Positions 1-12,555 of a DNA stretch of 64,000 nt are shown piece after piece. Origin of the DNA: Leucoraja erinacea (lineage: Eukaryota); NCBI RefSeq assembly GCF_028641065.1, contig NC_073384.1, positions 17,050,001 to 17,114,000 on the forward strand, read 5' to 3'. Position numbers and translations under genes: made by a program. Every line of letters starts with the position of its first letter. Within the stretch, counting starts at the first letter, position 1. The notes below the pieces were generated by a model that had not been told where the DNA came from, ran no database searches, and saw only the letters and a program-made list of their open reading frames with translations.

Positions 1-1757
1 AATCACAGAAATAGTAAGATAAGAAGAACTAGGATACCAGTTGACCTTTATAATTGAGGGTGGGAGCGGAGGGCATGTAATCCCCCATCGTAACTCTTCA
101 TAAAATAAAGATCAAACTTCAAACTGGTAAGTTCTCGTTTACTATGTTACTATTTTACTGCGGAGTCACGTGAGTGACTATGTGAAGATTTTAAAGATCT
201 GTGATTTCAAGCCATGGAACAATCCATGCTTCACTCACTGCCGAAGTCATCCAAGGGAGGAATTATGTTATCGCAATTAAACATGAATCAATTTTTTAAA
301 AACAATAACGATTTTTCTTTTTGAAACAAAGAAAAATAATGCTCCCTCGGGCTAAATTATATATTTGTAGAACTTAAATTTTTTCTGCAAACACTGCAGG
401 TTTTGCAATCGGCTTGTTATAAAATATTTGGAAAGTCCTTTCCGTAGACCATCCTGCTGTTGCCAGAATATATTCCATTGGTACCTCCATATTTCTGGTC
501 GCCGATGTTGCTGCTGCCCTGGTGGAGTGAGCTTTTAAAATGTCAGTATCCACCCCAGCAGCCCCCAGAACCTGTCTGAGCCATCTTGAGATGGTTTGTA
601 CTGACACCCGACCATGAGGCTGTTTGAAGCTAACCCATAATGCCATTTCGCTTCCTCTTCAGTTGTCCTAAGGTAAAGCAGTAGATGCGACATGACACAC
701 AAACGGGGGTCAGATGGGTACGCCCGGAATTCCAAAGTCAGTCCCGAAGTTCCCGGTCTACTCTGTTTGACCAGCTCCAAGATTCTGAATGTTATCTTGT
801 CAGTTGATGTTGCCATATTGTCCAGTCTTAATTTGTATAGGGACTGGACCCTTTGGGCTGAGACCAAGGCCATCAGCATAGAGTGAGCTGTTCCAGGGAC
901 AGGGACCTGGCTGGTGACCAACCCCTTAGTAATGTCAGGATGACACTGACATCCCAGATCTGGGTGTACCTTGGTCTAGGGGGATTGGTGTTATAGATAC
1001 CCATCATTTGTTTGGCCACCAGAGGGTGAGATCCTATGGACTGCTGTCCTGGTGCCTTCCATAGATAAGCTGACAGAGCACTCCTAGCACTGTTGATTGT
1101 GCTGTAACTCAGTCCTTCATCGAAGTGAAGGCTGGATAGGAACTCCAGGATGTTGGTAATTGTAGTTGATCTGTATGCTACCCCAGTCCTCGAGCAGTAC
1201 GCTTCCCACTTCCGAATGCTGGAGAGGTACTGCTTCTTGGTCAATTCTCAGTAGGCCGCCATGATCATCATTCATGGTCCTGTCCGATAATCCCAGATCC
1301 AACAGAGGCCATTTCAAATTCTGCAAGCCAACAGATTTATCCTGTCATGGCACGGATGACTTTCGCCCGTAACAGGATGGGCCAACAGATCTGGTCTTTT
1401 GGAAATGGCCATGGGTGGTTCAGTGACCATGTCGAGGACCACAGGGAACCATGGCTGTGTAGGACAGTCAGGTACTACCAAAATACCTGAAGCTGAGTCC
1501 ATTTGTATTTTGCGTAGGATCCGACTGATGAGGCAGAAGGGGTGAAAGGCATTGAAAAACAATTTTCCCCAATTCAGCGAAAAAGCGTCCATCATTGCTG
1601 CCTCAAGGTCTGGTTCCCAAGCAACATATGTTGGTAACTGGTGATTCAGTCGGGATGCAAAGAGATCGATATCAGGTGTTCCATACCGCTTTGTAATATC
1701 AGCAAACACTTTATGGTTCAACATCCATTCGGTGTTGTCATTAAATTTTCGTGTTTC
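1..1757 (-). mobile_element. DIRS1-like tyrosine-recombinase retrotransposon, 3' part, degenerate
   Basis: ORF 1314..1724 (PDIDLFASRLNHQ...FNAFHPF, methylase-like domain). ORFs 873..1244, 535..921 and 374..646 (YR; HSTRAAATS...GWS). ICR-like sequence at about 80-190 matches the ICR of the 52368-56766 element. Confidence 0.9.
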
Positions 1758-1759
1758 TG

Positions 1760-3131
1760 AAAATCCCGACCTAGAATTATATCGCTACACAAATCTTTCA
1801 AAATATCAAGACATACAGATTTCTAACTAGTTTTGTTCAGAATAAAGTCTACAATACAAGATCCAATAATTTGTGTATTGAGAGTTGTCAGAGCCATTGA
1901 GATTTCTCTATTTGAAGAAATTATAGTTAGATTTAGACAAGACACAAGTTGTTCATTTATAAAACTTTCTGAACTGCCAGAATCAAGTACAACATTAAAT
2001 GTATGTCCATTGACGGATACCGTTGTAACTGCATGAGACAAGCTCTGAGGAAATGCAGCTGTAATTGCACATAAAGAAGGCATATACATAGCAGCAGTCA
2101 CACTTTTAGTTATTGCTTTGGACTTGCATGCCCTAGAATCATGTCCCTTCTTGCTACAACTATTAAAAGTTGCCTCTCAAGCTGGATATATCTCTCTATT
2201 GTGAATATTACCCCCGCAAAAGTAACACTTCCTTTTTGAATAAGTATATGCTGCAGCAGGGGCACTTTTATCAGTAGAAATTGTTTCAGCTTGTTCCATA
2301 TTAGTACGTGGGTGAGATTCTTTTGTAGTAGTTGCAGCAGAAACACATTAGATGAGCCATAAGCATCTTAATTTTTCTGAGCCAAGTCGAATGAGTAAGC
2401 TTGATTGTACGCTGACTGTAAATCCAAGGTTTTGTTTTCAAATTGTCAAACCATGCCAAACCATTGATAAAAGAGTCTCAAATAAGTTCCTGTCGATATT
2501 GATCAGCTGTATCTGCTTTGAAGGCACAGTCTTTGAAGTTCTTGTAAAAATTCATCACGTGACTCACCAGGTTTTTGTTTACGAGTACCAAGGAGGTGTC
2601 GAGCAAATATTGGGTGTCTTAACGAAGAGTCTGCTTAGTACATCAATAGCAGAATCATAAGTTGTCCATTCCTCTATGTAATCATATACATCATAAGAGA
2701 CAGAACTTATTAATGTCCTGAATTTGTCTGGTGCATTGTCGCCACACTCATCAAAGAAGTTATTTAGTGTACGAAGCCAGTGCTTCCATTCCTTTGCAGC
2801 AGTAGGTGAGTTGGGATCCAGATCCAAGCGTTGTGGTTTCAATAGTTTCTCCATCTCGATGTCACACTGCTTCACTTCTGAGATTGAGTGGCTTAAATTG
2901 TTGTGAGGCAAATGAAACCTTTACAGTACTTGTAATTTACTTAAACTTTATTTAAGCTTTAAGCAACTCATTTCTGTAATACACATCTTCAAGACCCCTG
3001 GAAATTATCGCTGATTCCGCAGGCCACACTGCCCGAGCCCCCGCACATGCACCCACTTCACAAAGTTAACAGTTTTTCTTCCACTTTTAAACAATGAGGC
3101 CTCATTTGCTCCCCTCCAATGTACGGAAACA
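1760..3131 (-). mobile_element. Gypsy-like LTR retrotransposon remnant (putative 5' LTR about 2899-3131, gag, protease)
   Basis: gag start MEKLLKPQRLDLDPNSPTAAKEWKHW (ATG 2854) and aspartic protease motif VVLDSGSSESFI (ORF 1823..2101). TG...CA segment with AATAAA upstream of gag. Confidence 0.8.
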
Positions 3132-3657
3132 ATTCCAAAATCTCTAGAACTTTGGAAAGTGATAACCAGATTATCTTCAAACTGAATGAAGCAGGGGGAA
3201 GAAAACTGGATAAGAAGTGGGGTGAGACAAAGCCCGGCAAGTGATGGGAGGATACACAAGAGGGAGGTTTTTCTTGGCAGATGGGTGAGCAGAGGGCAGA
3301 GATGAAAAGGAAACAAAAGGATGCGCGGTAAGGGAAGACAAAACGGTCTAATATCTATCTCCTATGCCATTCCTTTCAACTCTGTGATGAAGATCATTGA
3401 GTCCTCTGGATTTATTCATTTTAGACAATAGACCATAGACAATTGGTGCAGGAGTAAACCATTCGGCCCTTCAAGCCAGCTCCAGATTATCAGGCTATTA
3501 AACCTCTTGGGTGGCGTTTAATATCAGAAGCAAAGGTTTTTTTTCACTTTTACATGAGGTTATCTAATGACCAAAGATGAATGTATTTTAAGTTGAAATG
3601 TAAAGTATTTAGCAAACTCAACATTAGTGCTAATGTAATGACATTTTCCCTTTCAAG

Positions 3658-4003
3658 TTGCAAATCCTCCGATCCTGATCCAATTCCCGAGGCTGGAGCG
3701 TGTCACTGAGGGTCCACACGGCACGGTTACGGTGCTCCATGGAGAACGCTGAAGTGGGAAACACTGACGTCCACTGGTACCGAGAATTACCCGGGCAGGA
3801 CATGGAGTGGGTTTTAACACACGAGGCAGGAGGCAGCGTACGAAGGAGACCAGGCTTCACTGAGCGGTTCCAGCTGTTCAAAGACGCCTCCAACAGCAGC
3901 TTCATCCTGACGGTCACAAACGTGACGCTCAATGACTCTGCCGTCTATTACTGCACAGTGTGGGGAGATATCAGAGGGAATGGAACCCAACTCAACGTAA
4001 CCA
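3658..4003 (+). pseudogene. Gene A V2a exon: VJ-type V domain with a +1 frameshift
   Basis: Acceptor ttttccctttcaag|TT and donor ACCA|gtgagt as in gene B V2, but 346 nt. An extra C at 3714/3715 (GGTCCACACG vs GGTCACACG) leads to TGA at 3750-3752. Could be a sequencing error. Confidence 0.85.
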
Positions 4004-4029
4004 GTGAGTACAAATTATAGTTGGTTTTA

Positions 4030-5720
4030 TTCATCTTTTATATTGGAAAATAATGGATGAGCTTCAAGAAGCTGAATGTTGACTTCGGGAAGGGAAAGCT
4101 AAGGGTCCATGAACCTGACTACCTCGGCAGGATGGAGGAGGAGAGAGGCCACAGCTTCATGTTCCCGAGCATACTCATCTCTGATGATCTGTACTGGGCC
4201 CACCACATCGATACAATCCCAAAGAAAATGTATCAAAGCCTCTACTTCCTCAGAGGTGTGAGGGGTATGTTGCTGAATACTCCATCGTGCACAGTAGCGA
4301 GCACACTTACTGGTTGTATCATGGTCTTGAATGCCCAAGAATAAATTAGGTTGCAGAAAGAAGTTAACATTTTTGGGGTCATTATAGATATTAACCAATA
4401 GACAATAGACAATAGGTGCAGGAGTACCAGTACCACCATTCACTGTAATCATGGCTGATCATCCAAATTCAGTACCCCGTTCCTGCCTTCTCATCATATC
4501 CCATGACTCCGCTTTCTTTAACAGCTCTATCTAACTCTTGTCTTGAAAGCATCCAGAGGATTGGCCTCCACTGCATTCTGAGGCAGAGAATTCCACAGAT
4601 TCACAACTCTCTGGGTGAAAACGTTTTTCCTCATCTCTGTTCTAAATGGCCTACCGTAATACATAAACTGTGGTCCCTGGTTCTGGACTCCCCCAACATC
4701 GGGAACCTCCCAGATGTTAAAGTGATGTACAGGAACGACTGCTTCTAGAAGGCAGTTAGAAACATAGAAACATAGAAAATAGGTGCAAGAGTAGGCCATT
4801 CGGCCCTTCGAGCCTGCACCGCCATTCAATATGATCATGGCTGATCATCCAACTCAGTATCCCGTACCTGCCTTCTCTCCATACCCCGTGATCCCTTTAG
4901 CCACAAGGGCCACATCTAACTCCCTCTTAAATGTAGCCAATGAACTGGCCTCAACTACCTTCTGTGGCAGAGAGTTCCATGAGATTCACCACTATGAAAA
5001 GGTAATGAAAATTGGTTTCTCACCTCGGTCCTAAAGGATTTCCCCTCTATCCTTAAGCTGTGACCGCTTGTCCTGGAATTCCCCAACATCGGGAAGAATC
5101 TTCCTGCATCTAGCCTGTCCAACCCCTTAAGAATTTTGTAAGTTTCTATAAGATCCCCCCTCAATCTCCTAAATATCATCAGGGACTACTGTATACTGTG
5201 TTTTACCGAGACATGGCTCCCCCTGCCTCACCTGATTGTGCCATTCAACCTGAGGGCTTCTCACTACTCAGGCAAGATTAAAGATGGATCAACTAAAGTT
5301 GATCAAAAGTTGATTAAAGATGGTTACTTTTTAATTAATTCCGCCTGGTCGCTTGGACGTGACTGTCCTGGCGAGCTCCTGCTCCCCAGAACTGGAATCT
5401 CTTACAGTGAAGTGTTTTCCTTACTACCCCTACTGTGGGAATTCACTTAGGCTCTCCTGACAGCAGTCCACATCCCGCCCCAGGATGATGGTAAGTTTGC
5501 ACGAGGAACTTCACACTTTAACCCAGTCTTGAAACGGTATCCCGAGGATTTGTTCAGATAATTGTCTGGGACTTCAAAATATTATCAGCAAGTCTCCTGC
5601 CCAACCAGAGGCCCTTGGACACTGCTGCACAGCCATACAGATGCATACTGTTCAATACCTAGACCACACTTCAGTAAATCTGATCACCAGGCTGTGTTTT
5701 TACTTCTTACTTACAAGCGG
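4030..5720 (+). mobile_element. Rex1/L2-like LINE fragments interrupted by two antisense CR1 3' ends (about 4396-4712 and 4757-5180)
   Basis: LYFLR...LTGCI and CFTETWL...SDH-type remnants. The CR1 ends show FTQRVVNLWNSLP and (ATTGTCT)n/(TTCTATGT)n tails. Confidence 0.7.
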
Positions 5721-5918
5721 ACTTACAAACTTACAAACAAAAGGAGTCTGGGCGACTTCCACAACTCTCCATTTGTTGGGATTGACTGTTTTTTAAGCTC
5801 ATTAAACTCTCCGATACATTTCTTCACCAGTACTGATTTCATTTGCCTCCTTGCCCAGGAATTAATGTCTAATGCTGTCTTTGAGTAAGGTAAGTTACAT
5901 TTTGTAAGTCCCAAACTT

Positions 5919-6220
5919 TAGTTTAGTTTAGTTTACAGATATATTGTAGCATGGAAACAGACCCTTCGACTCGCCGGTCCACGCCGACCAGCGATCACCC
6001 GTACACTGATTATAACCTACACACTCGGGACAATTTATAGAAGCCAATTAACCTACAAACCTGCACGTCCTTGGAATGTGTGAGGAAACCGGAACACCTG
6101 GAGGGAACCCACACATCCCCAGGGAGAACGTGCAAACTCCATACAGCCATCACTCATAGTCAGAATAAAACACGGGTCTGTGGCGCTGCAAGGCAGTAAC
6201 TCTACCACTGCGCCACTGTT
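5919..6220 (-). mobile_element. tRNA-derived V-SINE (HE1-like); further copies at about 13404-13718, 18010-18280, 18720-18897, 20350-22267 (split by Tc1) and 41665-41765
   Basis: tRNA-like head GTGGCGCAGTGGTAGAG...CCCGGGTTCGATCC, V-core GGAGTTTGTACGTTCTCCCCGTG and (CTAAA)n tail. Confidence 0.8.
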
Positions 6221-6280
6221 TTAAATAATTTCTAGCAACCCTTATATTCCAATGATAACCTATGATATCCTTCTTTAAAG

Positions 6281-6625
6281 ATGCAAATCCTCCAATCCTG
6301 ATCCAATTCCCGAGGCTGGACCATGTCACTGAGGGTCACACGGCACGGTTACATTGCTCCATGGAGAACGCTGAAGTGGGAAACACTGACGTCCACTGGT
6401 ATCGAGAACTACCTGGGCAGGACATGGAGTGGGTTTTAACACACGAGGCAGGAGGCAGCGTACGAAGGAAACCAGGCTTCACTGAGCGGTTCCAGCCGTT
6501 CAAAGACGCCTCCAACAGCAGCTTCATCCTGACGGTCACAAACGTGATGCTCAATGACTCTGCCGTCTATTACTGCACAGTGTGGGGAGATATCAGAGGG
6601 AATGGAACACAGGTCAATGTCACTG
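6281..6625 (+). CDS. Gene A V2b exon: intact VJ-type V domain
   Basis: Acceptor ccttctttaaag|AT, donor ACTG|gtaagt, 345 nt, phase 1-1. Motifs LHC, HWYR, DSAVYYC, WGDIRGNGTQVNVT (ORF 6262..6669). Confidence 0.92.
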
Positions 6626-8044
6626 GTAAGTTCAGTTTACACAATACTAAACGATCTCCGTTAGTGTAGATATGGAACATGCAAGGGCTGGGACTGCAGT
6701 TTTACAAATTAATTTAAGGTTTAACCTATGATGCATTTCAGTGTTTTAAAAAATATGATATATTCAATCTTTTGTTTATCTGAATTTCATTTATGCTTTC
6801 TTCTAATGCATTTAAAATTTAGGAAGTTCTAAGACCCTGCAATATTGGGCAGAGAAATACACATAGAGTCAAAGAGCATGGGGACAGGCCTTTCGGCCAA
6901 ACTTGTTCACGCCGACCAACGTACCCCAACTACATCTACTCTATCTATACCTCTTTAAAATGTATATATTTGTATAGGAACACACCTCAGTATCTGATAC
7001 TCCAAGCTTATCCAACTGTGCCTTATAGCTAATACCATTGAATGCAGGCAGGGTTGGCAGGACACGTACATGCATCTTGGGGTGCAAGTCCATGTCTCCC
7101 TAAAAGTGCTATTCAAGTAGGTAAGGTAATAAAAGATTCTCCAGCAAACTTGCCTTCTGTGGACAAGGTGTTAAGGATTAATGCAAGCAGATCTTGTTGT
7201 TTCTGTATAAAAATATGGTTCAGCCAAATTTGGAGTGTGTCAGCCAGCATCTCTGGAGAAAAAGGATGGGTGACGTTTTGGGTCAGCGACCCTTCATCAG
7301 ACACAGTAACAGTGCAAGGTCTAAACACGGGTTGTGCTGGACCACATTAAAACGTCACCCACCCGATTTAACCAGAGATGCTGCCTTACCCACTGACTTA
7401 CTCCAGCACTTTGTGCATGTAGGCGGTATAAACCAGCATTTGCAGTTCCTTTCTATACACATAGAGTGAATGCTTTGTGGAGTATTTCCACTCCATCTAC
7501 AGGAGTGACCTTTAGCTTCCTGATGTCACCACTCTGATCCCCTCTCCCGCTGCTACTCTGACCTCTCTGTGTGTCACCTCTGCACTGTTACAGCGAAACC
7601 CAATTCAAGCTCCAGGGTCAAATCTTGCTGACACTCAATGATTTCCAAATTAATGCTTATTTGGTTAATTTGAATGCATTCCAATACATGGCCAGGTAAA
7701 CTCACTGGTTTGTGAACACTCGGTGCTCCCCTTCCTTCATTTATTACAGTACATTTATATCAGAATGGTCAATGAAGGTTGAAGGAACAGGGTGCCTCTG
7801 GGAACTGCGCTTTATTCAGTGGCCAGTTGGGTCAGCTGGTGGACGCATGTTGAATAGCAACATTCCACCAGAAATTGGATAAATTCCAGTGAGAACCTAT
7901 TGCAGGACTCCGGGGAAATAAGTGGGTTAGGATCAGTGGACCACTCTTTCAAAGAGTTGGCACAGAACAATGGGCCAAATGGCTTCCTTCTGCACTGACA
8001 TTACTTTCCCCTGATGTTGACCCAATGATGTCATTTATTTGCAG

Positions 8045-8179
8045 TTTCTCAAACAAAGGAGAATCAAGTTGTGATGATGTACCTTGCCTGGATCATTCTA
8101 CCTTTGGTGCTGGGAGTTCTTGCTGTTACTGGAGCCATTTGCCTCATCAGATGCAGAGCTTCTGGAAGCCACCAGTCCT
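8045..8179 (+). CDS. Gene A transmembrane exon (SQTKENQVVMMYLAWIILPLVLGVLAVTGAICLIRCRASGSHQS)
   Basis: Acceptor tttatttgcag|TT, donor T|gtatgt, 135 nt, phase 1-1, hydrophobic helix. Confidence 0.88.
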
Positions 8180-8346
8180 GTATGTGTAACTAGATCATTC
8201 AGTCTGATCCAATCGCTGTGTGGAATTAGTGAAATTGGAAAGGGTGGTTCCGATTGTCAAAGAGCCGTCATTATGCTGTTGGGTAGCAAAGTGGGATTCA
8301 CAGCTCCAAGGCTGCTCTTGCTGAGACCTTGTTCTCTTTTTCACAG

Positions 8347-8420
8347 CCCAGTCCGGAGCAGCTGATGATCAGACCCCAGGAGCAGATTATGAAAACATTT
8401 CCGTGGCAAGAAATGTCCCG
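8347..8420 (+). CDS. Gene A cytoplasmic exon 1 (SQSGAADDQTPGADYENISVARNVP)
   Basis: Acceptor ctctttttcacag|CC, donor CCG|gtgagt, 74 nt, phase 1-0. Confidence 0.85.
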
Positions 8421-9779
8421 GTGAGTTCTAATAGTTTTCTGGGATAAGCAGACCTGTGCTGGGATCTCTCTCCCTGATGGTGTGCTATTAGCTTCCCATC
8501 AGGTATTTATTCCACCGTCTTTGTTAATCATTGAGTATTATCGCAATGTCTTTATGATTTGTAAATGTACATGGTGGATTGGTCAATGGAGAGTGGGACT
8601 TGCACTGCTCGTGAGCAGTGAGAACACAATGCCACGTCTCACAACCCGTCTGATGGTTCAGCTTCAGCTGAGAGGAGCTCAACCTCTGGACCTCTCCTGC
8701 TTTAGTCTATTTAGAACCTTCCTCTCTGGCCAAACATTTGGCCATTAGCTCCACCATTAGCTCAACTGCTTCAATTGTTGTCTGATAACTTCCATTCCAA
8801 ACGCCATGGAGTGTGTATCCATATAAACGGCAGGTTTAACATGGTCTCAGAATCCTTTCAAAGGACACTCCCCATGAAACGGCTGAATCCTCCATGACAT
8901 GAAATGTGTGGTGTGTATGTATGTGCTTGCTGTTCCTATTCCCATGCAGTATGTGTGGAGACATTATATTATTCTTATGAGTGTAGTTCTAACATCTCTC
9001 ATCATCATGCTGAAAATACTCAGCACTTGTTCTCCTGAAAAATTAATGGATTCCTCTCCAATATTTCAGGCCCTCGGCTCTGATATATTTCCTCCCACCC
9101 TTCAGTTGTTCTACCACAAACTGACTGTGTGTTTCAGAGATTGGGAAACAGACCAGACTCCCCACTATTAACTCCATCCACACTTCATATCGTTTTGGAA
9201 AAGCATCCAATATGATCAAAGACATCCCACCACATAATTTCTTCTTCTCCTCATTCCCATTGGGCAGAAGATACAAAAGTTTAAAGCACACATCACCAGA
9301 TTTAAGGGCCTGTCCCACTTTCATAACCTAATTCACGACCTTTTTTACTCGTGGACATTTTTCATCAGACTTGACAGGCCCTTTAGGAACTTCTTCCTCC
9401 TTCATCAGGCTTCTGAATGGTCCTTTATAGGGTACTGGCAGATTCACCTCTACCCTATGGCAGATTTTGGTCTTTGTCTATAGAACTCGTTCACTACAAT
9501 GTTGAGAACTATAAATGCTGAGAACTATATTCAGCACCTGTACCTTTCCATCTGATCAACATATTGTTTGTGAGTTTGACGATTATATTGGTATAGTATT
9601 ATCTGGTTAATTGAATAGCATGTGAAACAAAGCTTTTCACTGCACCTCGATACACATGATGATATTACACTTCAACCTAAACCTATTGACCAAAGTACAA
9701 GCACAAGTAAGACTGTCTTGACAAACCCATTGTATCTGTTTGGCCCTGCCTCACCAATACCTCTTCAAATGTCTTGTTC

Positions 9780-10690
9780 CCCCGTCTCTTGTTCCCACGC
9801 CCATGTCTCTTCTGTGTCCAGCAGTTCTGATCTCACCCCCTATTCCTACAGACGGAAGAAGGATAAAGATCCCTGTTCCTCACCTTTCACCCCACCAACT
9901 TTGCATTCAGTATGACATCCTACAATATTTCCGTTACCTCCAAGGTGATTCTACCAACAGTCATATCTTCGCATCTCCACCCATTGCACCGTCTGCAGAG
10001 GTTGCTCCCTCTGCAACTATTTGCTTCACTCATCCCTCCCCACCTAAACCATAGGAGACACCTGTCCCTAAATCTCCTCCCTCACTTCCATCTTGTGACC
10101 CTAGCAGCCCTTCCAGGTGAAGCAGAGTATCACAGCGGATGCTATAATCTCATCTACTACATTTGCTCCCAACGTGGTTTACTTTATCTCGGTGAGACCA
10201 GGCATAGACTAAGCGGTTCTTTCATGCTCAGTCTCCCAAGACCTGCTGTAACTCCTTGTTGAGAAGATATGAACTCTTGTTCCCATCCCGATGTTTCTGC
10301 TTGGGTCTCCTCCATTGCCAGAGTGAAGCCACACACAAACCAGTGGAACAGCACCACATATTCTACTTGTGTGGCTAACAACCCAACAGTATGAACGGTA
10401 AATTCTCCAATTTTGTTAAGCACCTTCCTTTTTGATGACCCCCCGCCCCATCTCTCTTTCCCGTATCTTTCCACCTTAGTGCCTGATCATTTTTCCCATT
10501 ATTCCGCCCTCTTTTATCTCCCTTCCTCTTTCACTTTTATTGCTTACGTTTCACTAATGTATCTCACCTCTTCCCCCCTTACCTGACATTCCATGTGTCC
10601 TTGAGTCTGAAGAAGGGTCTCGAGCTGAAATATCAGCTACCCATGTTCTCCAGAGATGCTCTCTGACCTACTGAGTTACTTCGTATCCTT
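9780..10690 (+). mobile_element. Old degenerate Penelope-like element
   Basis: NLIYYICSQRGLLYLGETRHRL (GIY-YIG remnant) and pLTR with CTGAAGAAGGGTCTCG. Confidence 0.75.
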
Positions 10691-11041
10691 GTGTTCTTTT
10701 TGTCTCCTATTTTCCCTTTTTCTCACCCTTTTGTCTCCTTTTCATCTCTAGCCTTTGTCCGCTCATCTGTCAATCAAAAGACACCTGACCCGTATCTACC
10801 TATCACTTTGGTTACACAAAAAAGCTGGAGAAACTCAGCGGGTGCCGCAGCATCTATGGAGCGAAGGAAATAGGCAACGTTTCGGGCCGAAACCCTTCTT
10901 CAGACTGATCGGGGGCGGGGGTGGGTGGGGACAAGAAAGGGAAAAGGAGGAGTAGCCAGAAGGCTGGGGAATGGGAGGAGACAGCAGGGGGGCTGAGGAA
11001 GGGGAGGAGACAGCAAGGACTAACAAAATTGGGAGAATTCG

Positions 11042-12439
11042 ATGTTCAATCCTCTAGGCCCTCACCCCCTCATCTTCACCATGGACGTCCAATCACTATA
11101 CACCTCCATCCCCCACCACGATGGTCTCACAGCCCTCCGGTTCTTCCTCGACCAGAGAAGCAACCCATACCCAGCCACTGACACTCTCCTCCGCCTAGCG
11201 GAGCTGGTCCTTACCCTCAATAACTTCACGTTCGACTCCTCCCACTTCCTCCAAATACAAGGCGTAGCTATGGGCACACGCATGAGCCCCAGCTACGCCT
11301 GCCTATTTGTAGGTTACGTCGAGCAATCCTTGTTCAATACATACCAGGGCCCCATCCCCAACCTCTACCTCCGCTACATCGACGACTGCTTTGGTGCCAC
11401 CTCCTGCACCCGCACACAACTGACTGACTTCATCCACTTCACCACTAACTTCCATCCGGCACTCAAATACACCTGGACCATTTCCGACTATTCCCTACCA
11501 TTCCTTGACCTCACTATCTCCATTGCAGGTGATAGACTTCTAACCGACATACACTATAAACCCACTGACTCCCATGGCTATCTGGACTACACTTCTTCCC
11601 ACCCTGCTTCCTGTAAGGACTCCATCCCCTACTCCCAATTCCTCCGTCTACGCCGCATCTGCTCCACGGATGAGGCGTTCCACACCAGGACATCTGAAAT
11701 GACCTCACTATTCAGGGAACGGGGGTTCCCCTCCTCCACCATAAATGAGGCCCGCACCAGGGTCTCTTCCATACCCCGCAACACTGCTCTCTCTCCCCAT
11801 CCCCGCACTCGCAACAAGGGCCGAGTCCCCCTAGTCCTCACCTTTCACCCCACCAGCCGTCACATACAAAAAGTAATCCTCCGTCAGTTTCGCCACCTCC
11901 AACGTGACCCCACTACTCGCCACATCTTCCCATCTCCCCCCATATCTGCCTTCCGCAAAGACCGCTCCCTCCATAACTCCCTTGTCAATTCTTCCCTTCC
12001 CTCTCGGTCCACCCCCTCCCCGGGCACTTTCCCTTGCAACCGCAAGAGATGCAACACTTGTCCCTTTACCTCCCCCCTCGACTCCGTTCAAGGACCCAAG
12101 CAATCGTTCCAGGTTCGACAGAGGTTTACCTGCATCTCTTCCAACCTCATCTATTGCGTCCGCTGCTCTAGATGTCAGCAGATCTATATCGGTGAGACCA
12201 AGCGGAGGTTGGGCGATCGTTTCGCCGAACACCTCCGCTCGGTCCGCAATAACCAAGCTGACCTCCCGGTGGCTCAGCACTTCAACTCCCCCTCCCACTC
12301 CGTCTCCGACCTCTCTGTCCTGGGTCTCCTCCATGGCCACAGCGAGCAGCACCGGAAATTGGAGGAACAGCACCTCATATTCCGTTTGGGGAGTCTGCAC
12401 CTCGGGGGCATGAACATCGAATTCTCCCAATTTTGTTAG
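11042..12439 (+). CDS. Penelope-like RT + GIY-YIG endonuclease (uninterrupted 465 aa, N-terminally truncated)
   Basis: RT motifs MDVQSLYTSI, QGVAMG, YLRYIDD, FLD; CCHH-type linker CNRKRCNTC; GIY-YIG NLIYCVRC...YIGETKRRLGDRFAEH. Confidence 0.93.
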   Translation: MFNPLGPHPLIFTMDVQSLYTSIPHHDGLTALRFFLDQRSNPYPATDTLLRLAELVLTLNNFTFDSSHFLQIQGVAMGTRMSPSYACLFVGYVEQSLFNTYQGPIPNLYLRYIDDCFGATSCTRTQLTDFIHFTTNFHPALKYTWTISDYSLPFLDLTISIAGDRLLTDIHYKPTDSHGYLDYTSSHPASCKDSIPYSQFLRLRRICSTDEAFHTRTSEMTSLFRERGFPSSTINEARTRVSSIPRNTALSPHPRTRNKGRVPLVLTFHPTSRHIQKVILRQFRHLQRDPTTRHIFPSPPISAFRKDRSLHNSLVNSSLPSRSTPSPGTFPCNRKRCNTCPFTSPLDSVQGPKQSFQVRQRFTCISSNLIYCVRCSRCQQIYIGETKRRLGDRFAEHLRSVRNNQADLPVAQHFNSPSHSVSDLSVLGLLHGHSEQHRKLEEQHLIFRLGSLHLGGMNIEFSQFC

Positions 12440-12555
12440 TCCTTGCTGTCTCCTCCCCTTCCTCAGCCCCCCTGCTGTCTCCTCCCATTCCCCAGCCTTC
12501 TGGCTACTCCTCCTTTTCCCTTTCTTGTCCCCACCCACCCCCGCCCCCGATCAGT

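Noticed and set aside
11831-12538. 235-aa and other long antisense or alternate-frame ORFs (also 30943..31461, 35103..35588, 36753..37238)
   Set aside because: Shadow ORFs of transposon coding sequence or GC-rich repeats.
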